Positions 60,221 through 64,000 of a stretch of DNA of 64,000 nt are shown one piece after another. Each line of letters begins with the position of its first letter. Within the stretch, counting starts at the first letter, position 1. Source of the stretch: a virus; the IMG/VR virus record IMGVR_UViG_3300008085_000023, positions 32,001 through 96,000 of that record; one strand, 5' to 3'. A model generated the notes under the pieces. The model searched no databases, had not been told where the DNA came from, and saw only the letters and a program-made list of their open reading frames with translations. Made by a program: the position numbers and the translations under genes.

Positions 60221-60900
60221 TACATAAATTTTCCACGAAGACCATCTCGTTTGCGGCCTTTCGTGTGATGTTGTGTATTTTCGTATCTCTTAATCAATGC
60301 TTCTTTTACATTTTTTACATGCTCAAGTGTTTTTGGTGTGCCCTTAAGCGCGTTTTTTACAATTGCTCTTCGACAATTCTCTGAACAAGACATACGATCC
60401 AAGCTAATTGATTTACCACAGTTTTTACAAAGGCCAGAACCCCTTTTATTCCAAGCGCTTCTGCCTTTCACCCACCCTTTCGGAATAATGGTATCATTAG
60501 AAATTCGGCTATTCTCTTTAAGCTCGATATTAGAAATCCACATTGTTCCAAACGAGCCATTAAATTTACCAACGCGCTTCTTACCATTAGCGCGCCATGT
60601 ATCTAAGCACATTTTTCGAACCGCTTCATACATGCGGGAATTGCGAATATGAGGAATACCACGTTCTTCACATCTCATTGCCATCATATGACAAGCATGG
60701 GCCATCTGTTTATTTTTATATATTCTAAATAAAAGTAGATGAGCAATCCAATGTTCACGACCTGTTAAAATTACTATATTAGTTAAAGAATAATCACCAC
60801 CCATTGATTTGGGTAATATGTGATGCCGCTCGGTATAGCCTATGGCCGGGTGCTGAAGACGTGTATTGATTAGTGAATCGTAAATATATTTGTAGTTCAT
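60220..60900 (-). CDS. HNH homing endonuclease in tRNA array
   Basis: Start MNYKYIYDSL after TATAAATA; YTERHHILPKSMGG...EHWIAHLLL. Confidence 0.85.
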   Translation of the reverse strand: MNYKYIYDSLINTRLQHPAIGYTERHHILPKSMGGDYSLTNIVILTGREHWIAHLLLFRIYKNKQMAHACHMMAMRCEERGIPHIRNSRMYEAVRKMCLDTWRANGKKRVGKFNGSFGTMWISNIELKENSRISNDTIIPKGWVKGRSAWNKRGSGLCKNCGKSISLDRMSCSENCRRAIVKNALKGTPKTLEHVKNVKEALIKRYENTQHHTKGRKRDGLRGKFM

Positions 60901-60920
60901 AAGGTTATTTATATATTTGC

Positions 60921-60984
60921 GAACTTTCAAACCCCCACAATCTGCGTGTAAAACAGAGGTTCTAGACCTTTGAACTAACAGGGC
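60921..60984 (-). pseudogene. 3'-truncated tRNA-Val(TAC)
   Basis: GCCCTGT, D arm, TCTGT-TTTACAC-GCAGA; breaks off in T loop just before HNH promoter. Confidence 0.75.
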
Positions 60985-60992
60985 ATTAAAAT

Positions 60993-61083
60993 TGGCGGAT
61001 GGAGTGAGACTCGAACTCACACGTGTTTTACCACTAACTGTTTTCAAGACAGCAGCCCGTAGACCGACTTGGCTTATCCATCC
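60993..61083 (-). tRNA. tRNA-Ser(TGA)
   Basis: GCTGT-CTTGAAA-ACAGT, long variable arm. Confidence 0.9.
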
Positions 61084-61093
61084 ATAAAAAATT

Positions 61094-61163
61094 GTTCGGT
61101 GTCCTACCGTTAGACGACCACCCCGCAGTGGAGTAAGCAGGACTCGAACCTGCATTTCCGAAC
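61094..61163 (-). ncRNA. circularly permuted tRNA-like RNA (YrlA-type topology)
   Basis: Order: anticodon-stem 3' strand, T arm, closed acceptor stem, D arm, anticodon-stem 5' strand. Confidence 0.75.
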
Positions 61164-61169
61164 GTTCAT

Positions 61170-61268
61170 TGGTCAGGGATGTGGGATTCGAACCCACGAG
61201 GCATACACGCTTAGTATACCTATCCGGTTCCAAGCCGGACGAAGATAACCAGACTCTTCCAATCCCTG
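61170..61268 (-). tRNA. tRNA-Pro(TGG) with long variable arm
   Basis: C1-G72, A73; TCCGG-CTTGGAA-CCGGA; 8-bp variable stem. Confidence 0.85.
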
Positions 61269-61273
61269 TAAAT

Positions 61274-61348
61274 TGGTGCCCTCTGAGAGAATCAAACTCC
61301 CATCATTCGGTTCGTAGCCGAGTATTCTATTCGTTGAAATAAGAGGGC
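61274..61348 (-). tRNA. tRNA-Arg(ACG)
   Basis: CTCGG-CTACGAA-CCGAA. Confidence 0.9.
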
Positions 61349-61359
61349 ATCTTATAAAT

Positions 61360-61445
61360 TGGCACCTAGGGTAGGAGTCGAACCTACAGTTGACTTTCGT
61401 CGACGGGTTAACAGCCCGCTGCAATACCATTCTGCTCACCTAGGT
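61360..61445 (-). tRNA. tRNA-Asn(GTT) with extended variable arm
   Basis: GCGGG-CTGTTAA-CCCGT; GAC-GAAA-GTC variable hairpin; G73. Confidence 0.85.
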
Positions 61446-61453
61446 ATTAAAAT

Positions 61454-61527
61454 TGGCGCCCCATAGGAGTATCGATCTCCTTCTGCTACCGTGACAGGGT
61501 AGTGTGCTTCCATTACACCAATGGGGC
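61454..61527 (-). tRNA. tRNA-Asp(GTC)
   Basis: CTACC-CTGTCAC-GGTAG. Confidence 0.9.
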
Positions 61528-61535
61528 TTGTAAAT

Positions 61536-61610
61536 TGGTGCGGCAACTGAGTAACGCTCTCAGAACTAATGGGTGGAAGCCATTCGTGTATCTATTAACA
61601 CCTCTGCCGC
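61536..61610 (-). tRNA. tRNA-Gly(TCC)
   Basis: AATGG-CTTCCAC-CCATT. Confidence 0.85.
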
Positions 61611-61751
61611 TCGAAAAATGAGAGAGGATCCTTACCATCACTATTCTAAATTTGTGATGATCATTTAATTTCCGGATAGGAGAAGTCTTTAGAAACCTCT
61701 ACGTCCTTGCCCTACTCTGAAACCCCTCGTAACAGAATCAACAGGCAATAT

Positions 61752-61826
61752 TGGGTTGACCAACGGAAATCGAATCCGTATCCCCGCATTCACAGTGCAG
61801 TGCTTTTGCCGTTAAGCTATGGCCAA
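61752..61826 (-). tRNA. tRNA-His(GTG)
   Basis: CTGCA-CTGTGAA-TGCGG, C73. Confidence 0.9.
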
Positions 61827-61837
61827 ATTGTAAAAAT

Positions 61838-61914
61838 TGGTGCCCCCATCGGGCTTCGAACCCGAATCGCCGGATTGAGAGTCCAGTATTCTATACCGTT
61901 TAAACTATGGGGAC
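61838..61914 (-). tRNA. tRNA-Glu(CTC)
   Basis: CTGGA-CTCTCAA-TCCGG. Confidence 0.9.
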
Positions 61915-61921
61915 GATAAAT

Positions 61922-61996
61922 TGGTGCCTCCTGTAAAACTCGAACTTACAACGTCAGGTTCGTAGCCTGATGTGATATCCGTTTCACCAAAGAAGC
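61922..61996 (-). tRNA. tRNA-Arg(ACG), second copy
   Basis: TCAGG-CTACGAA-CCTGA. Confidence 0.9.
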
Positions 61997-62005
61997 AATA
62001 CCGTA

Positions 62006-62674
62006 TTAAAACTTTATCTTACGGCCGATAAGCCAGCCCTCAGGCACCAGCATATCTTTTGGAACTCGTTTTGAGACCTTTTCATATGGGTTGTAAATCC
62101 ACTTGGTCCCAAATTGGGAATTCCGACTGCCCAATTGACTAATTTTATTAGCCGACCCGATTCTTTTCTTAGCATCTTCTGAATGAGTTTTGCCAAGAAA
62201 TGCTCGAGTATTCTTACGCTTTAAGAAATCTGGATCATCTTCAATTTTTAGTTTCAAACCCGTAACCCCTTGAATTGCGAGAATACTTCGCCAATTAGGA
62301 CCATACTTCGCCTTTAATTTTTCATCTGCAGCGATCCGGCCTTTACGGGCAACTTCAACGTTGGAAAATCCATTGAGATTGTTTTTATTGATTAAATCCC
62401 AACCTCCAGAACCACCAACCTTTAGGTTATATGTGTTTTCTTCAGTTAAGAAATCTTCATTAACGATCTCAGCTTCTTTAGCATACATGTCTTCAGGGTT
62501 GTCGTAAACGAACAAAATCTCTTTGGTAAAGTTTTCAATACCATTCTTCTTTTGAGCTCGTTTTAGATACTTACCTGAACCCATATAATTGTCATTCGGA
62601 TCAATGGTCTTATGGCTTCCAATATAGAACTTGCCATTGATCCGATTCGTTATCTTGTATATCGTATAGAACAT
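62006..62674 (-). CDS. GIY-YIG (Seg-like) homing endonuclease in tRNA array
   Basis: TIYKITNRINGKFYIGSH, YMGSG, YNLKVGG; TATAAATA upstream. Confidence 0.9.
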   Translation of the reverse strand: MFYTIYKITNRINGKFYIGSHKTIDPNDNYMGSGKYLKRAQKKNGIENFTKEILFVYDNPEDMYAKEAEIVNEDFLTEENTYNLKVGGSGGWDLINKNNLNGFSNVEVARKGRIAADEKLKAKYGPNWRSILAIQGVTGLKLKIEDDPDFLKRKNTRAFLGKTHSEDAKKRIGSANKISQLGSRNSQFGTKWIYNPYEKVSKRVPKDMLVPEGWLIGRKIKF

Positions 62675-62730
62675 AGAATTACTCCATGTTCTTATTTATA
62701 CAAGTTCGAGTCTTGACTAGACTCTGAAAG

Positions 62731-62803
62731 TAGCGGAGGTTGGAATCGAACCAACGTCACTGGGGTTATGAGCCGCAGCGGGGAACCAGCACCCCACTCT
62801 GCA
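62731..62803 (-). tRNA. tRNA-fMet-like (CAT), no encoded CCA
   Basis: CTCATAA loop, 1:72 mismatch, A73. Confidence 0.75.
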
Positions 62804-62806
62804 AAT

Positions 62807-62881
62807 TGGTACCCCTGAGCGGTTTCGATCCGCCTCCCTTTGGGTGAAAACCAAAGATCCTAGCCAGTAGACGACAGGGGC
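62807..62881 (-). tRNA. tRNA-Glu(TTC)
   Basis: TTTGG-TTTTCAC-CCAAA. Confidence 0.9.
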
Positions 62882-62893
62882 ATTAAAAATTGT

Positions 62894-62968
62894 TGGTGGA
62901 CGATGCCGAACTCGAATCGGCATCCTCTGAGTGCAGGTCAGAGATTCTAGCCTTTGAACTAATCGCCC
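62894..62968 (-). tRNA. tRNA-Ala(TGC), C33 variant
   Basis: G3.U70; TCTGA-CCTGCAC-TCAGA. Confidence 0.9.
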
Positions 62969-63118
62969 TTAAAATGAAAATATAATGATCTATGTTTTAG
63001 CTGTTGATCACGGTCTACAACCATATCAACAAATTTCGAAAATGATAATGTTGATAAGCAAAATTCAGCTTTAAGCTGAGAAATATACTTTGCGAACTTT
63101 GAACAACTTCTATGCAAT

Positions 63119-63196
63119 TGGTACGAGGAGAGGGCCTTGAACCCCCATATCAACTGGTTATAAGCCAGCCGGCTTCACCGATTTGCCTATCCTCGC
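63119..63196 (-). tRNA. tRNA-Ile(TAT)
   Basis: GCTGG-CTTATAA-CCAGT. Confidence 0.9.
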
Positions 63197-63203
63197 ATTA
63201 AAA

Positions 63204-63278
63204 TGGTCCGCGATGGTGGTAACGCACCACCTTTCCCTGTGTATCAGACAGGAGTAATAACTTTTATACTAATCGCGG
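63204..63278 (-). tRNA. tRNA-Ile(GAT)
   Basis: CCTGT-CTGATAC-ACAGG. Confidence 0.9.
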
Positions 63279-63284
63279 ATAAAT

Positions 63285-63359
63285 TGGCAGGTCCACCCAG
63301 ATTCGAACTGAGACAATGAGTTTTGGAGACTCTCGTGCTACGCATTACACTATGAACCT
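63285..63359 (-). tRNA. tRNA-Trp(CCA)
   Basis: AGAGT-CTCCAAA-ACTCA. Confidence 0.9.
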
Positions 63360-63369
63360 AACGTAAAAA

Positions 63370-63445
63370 TGGTACCCCCGTTCGGTAACGATCCGAATTC
63401 TTCCGGTTAAGAGCCGGAACATCATCCATATAATGTTTCGGGGGC
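63370..63445 (-). tRNA. tRNA-Lys(CTT), first tRNA of array
   Basis: TCCGG-CTCTTAA-CCGGA; T-loop ATCGTTA. Confidence 0.85.
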
Positions 63446-63540
63446 AACTTGAAAAAAGGACACTCGCATTTTTGATAACAAGGTTGTAGAGTGTCAGCTC
63501 TCTATCCTTGGATTTTTTCCAATTTTCAAAACTATATTCA

Positions 63541-63553
63541 ATTGTCAATGATC
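63541..63553 (-). promoter_or_regulatory. boxA-like antitermination element
   Basis: GATCATTGACAAT just downstream of terminator; resembles rrn boxA. Confidence 0.5.
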
Positions 63554-63559
63554 GATAAC

Positions 63560-63591
63560 AAAAAAGCCTCTTGGCTTTTCAGCTAAGAGGC
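63560..63591 (-). terminator. intrinsic terminator (attenuator) ahead of tRNA array
   Basis: GCCTCTTAGCT-GAAA-AGCCAAGAGGC-TTTTTT. Confidence 0.9.
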
Positions 63592-63623
63592 AAACATAAA
63601 CGAGCTATGTATGCGTCTTAACC
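63581..63623 (-). promoter_or_regulatory. antiterminator hairpin overlapping leader stop codon and terminator 5' arm
   Basis: GGTTAAGACGCATACATAG-CTCGT-TTATGTTTGCCTCTTAGCT (17 of 19 positions pair). Confidence 0.8.
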
Positions 63624-63719
63624 GACACCCTCATCAGGTGTAATTTCGGCATTATGTTTCCATTGTGTGGAACATGTCCCTGCCAGGGGATTACTAAATC
63701 TATATAACTTCTTTATCAT
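63618..63719 (-). CDS. 33-aa leader peptide containing all 20 amino acids
   Basis: MIKKLYRFSNPLAGTCSTQWKHNAEITPDEGVG*; below ORF-track cutoff. Confidence 0.75.
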   Translation of the reverse strand: MIKKLYRFSNPLAGTCSTQWKHNAEITPDEGVG

Positions 63720-63727
63720 TCTACTCT

Positions 63728-63758
63728 TATTTATACAACTTACTGCCTTCAATCTCAA
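63728..63758 (-). promoter_or_regulatory. promoter for leader/tRNA array
   Basis: T4 late-type TATAAATA (63728-63735) overlapping TTGAGA-N17-TATAAA. Confidence 0.7.
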
Positions 63759-63790
63759 ATTATTTTCAATTATTTTCAAACTCTGGTAAT

Positions 63791-63830
63791 ACTATACCAC
63801 AATGTCCGTGGATTGTACACCGTTATTTTT
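63791..63830 (-). promoter_or_regulatory. early promoter
   Basis: AAAATAACGGTGTACA-N18-TATAGT. Confidence 0.8.
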
Positions 63831-63876
63831 CAATAACCGCTGCTTTCAGGTTGCTATCCCTTTAGCATCTAGATCT

Positions 63877-63980
63877 AGTATAACACAATGGCCATGGCAT
63901 GTACACCATTATTTTCAGTTTTCGGTAACTTTTTTGCTAAGTTGGCCATTATCAGGTACTTAGGGCTAAAAATAGTTTCC
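63877..63980 (-). repeat. early promoter plus start of extended intergenic module
   Basis: Promoter; TAAGT-N15-ACTTA with TATCAGGTACTTA IHF-like site. Confidence 0.7.
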
Positions 63981-64000
63981 CGTACCGCGCGCGCGCCTAT

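Noticed and set aside
57934-63548. Short ORFs on both strands across the tRNA array, and the 61233 start of the HNH ORF
   Set aside because: They overlap clear tRNA genes; the HNH start is at 60900 after TATAAATA.
1508-63907. Recurring TGTACACCATTATTTT as CRISPR repeats or att sites
   Set aside because: Dispersed, not regularly spaced, always a fixed distance from a -10 box and upstream of genes: promoters.

Overview
Part of a large T4-like (Tevenvirinae-related) myophage genome; essentially all genes are on the minus strand. It holds early accessory genes behind ~25 copies of a conserved early promoter, and the replication core (gp33, gp41, uvsX, ligase, regA, gp62/44/45, rnh). It also holds a cytosine-hypermodification cluster (dCMP hydroxymethylase, alpha-glucosyltransferase, dCMP deaminase, dNTP pyrophosphatases, a C5-methyltransferase-like gene) and RNA-repair genes (Rnl2-type ligase, RtcB). 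The DNA polymerase is broken three ways: a gp43A/B split around an HNH gene, a group I intron in motif B, and a split intein in motif C around a Vsr-like endonuclease. A 37-tRNA array covers all 20 amino acids. The most striking observation is at the head of that array: an unannotated 33-codon leader ORF containing all 20 amino acids (28 different codons), whose stop codon lies in an antiterminator hairpin mutually exclusive with an intrinsic terminator. This is a candidate attenuator that would switch on the tRNA array when any tRNA is depleted. The array also holds atypical tRNAs (circularly permuted, D-armless, long variable arm, C33) and several unexplained structured RNAs. Two homologous ncRNAs with embedded tRNA-like domains lie at ~5.2 and ~11.6 kb. 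All calls are by eye; no searches were run.
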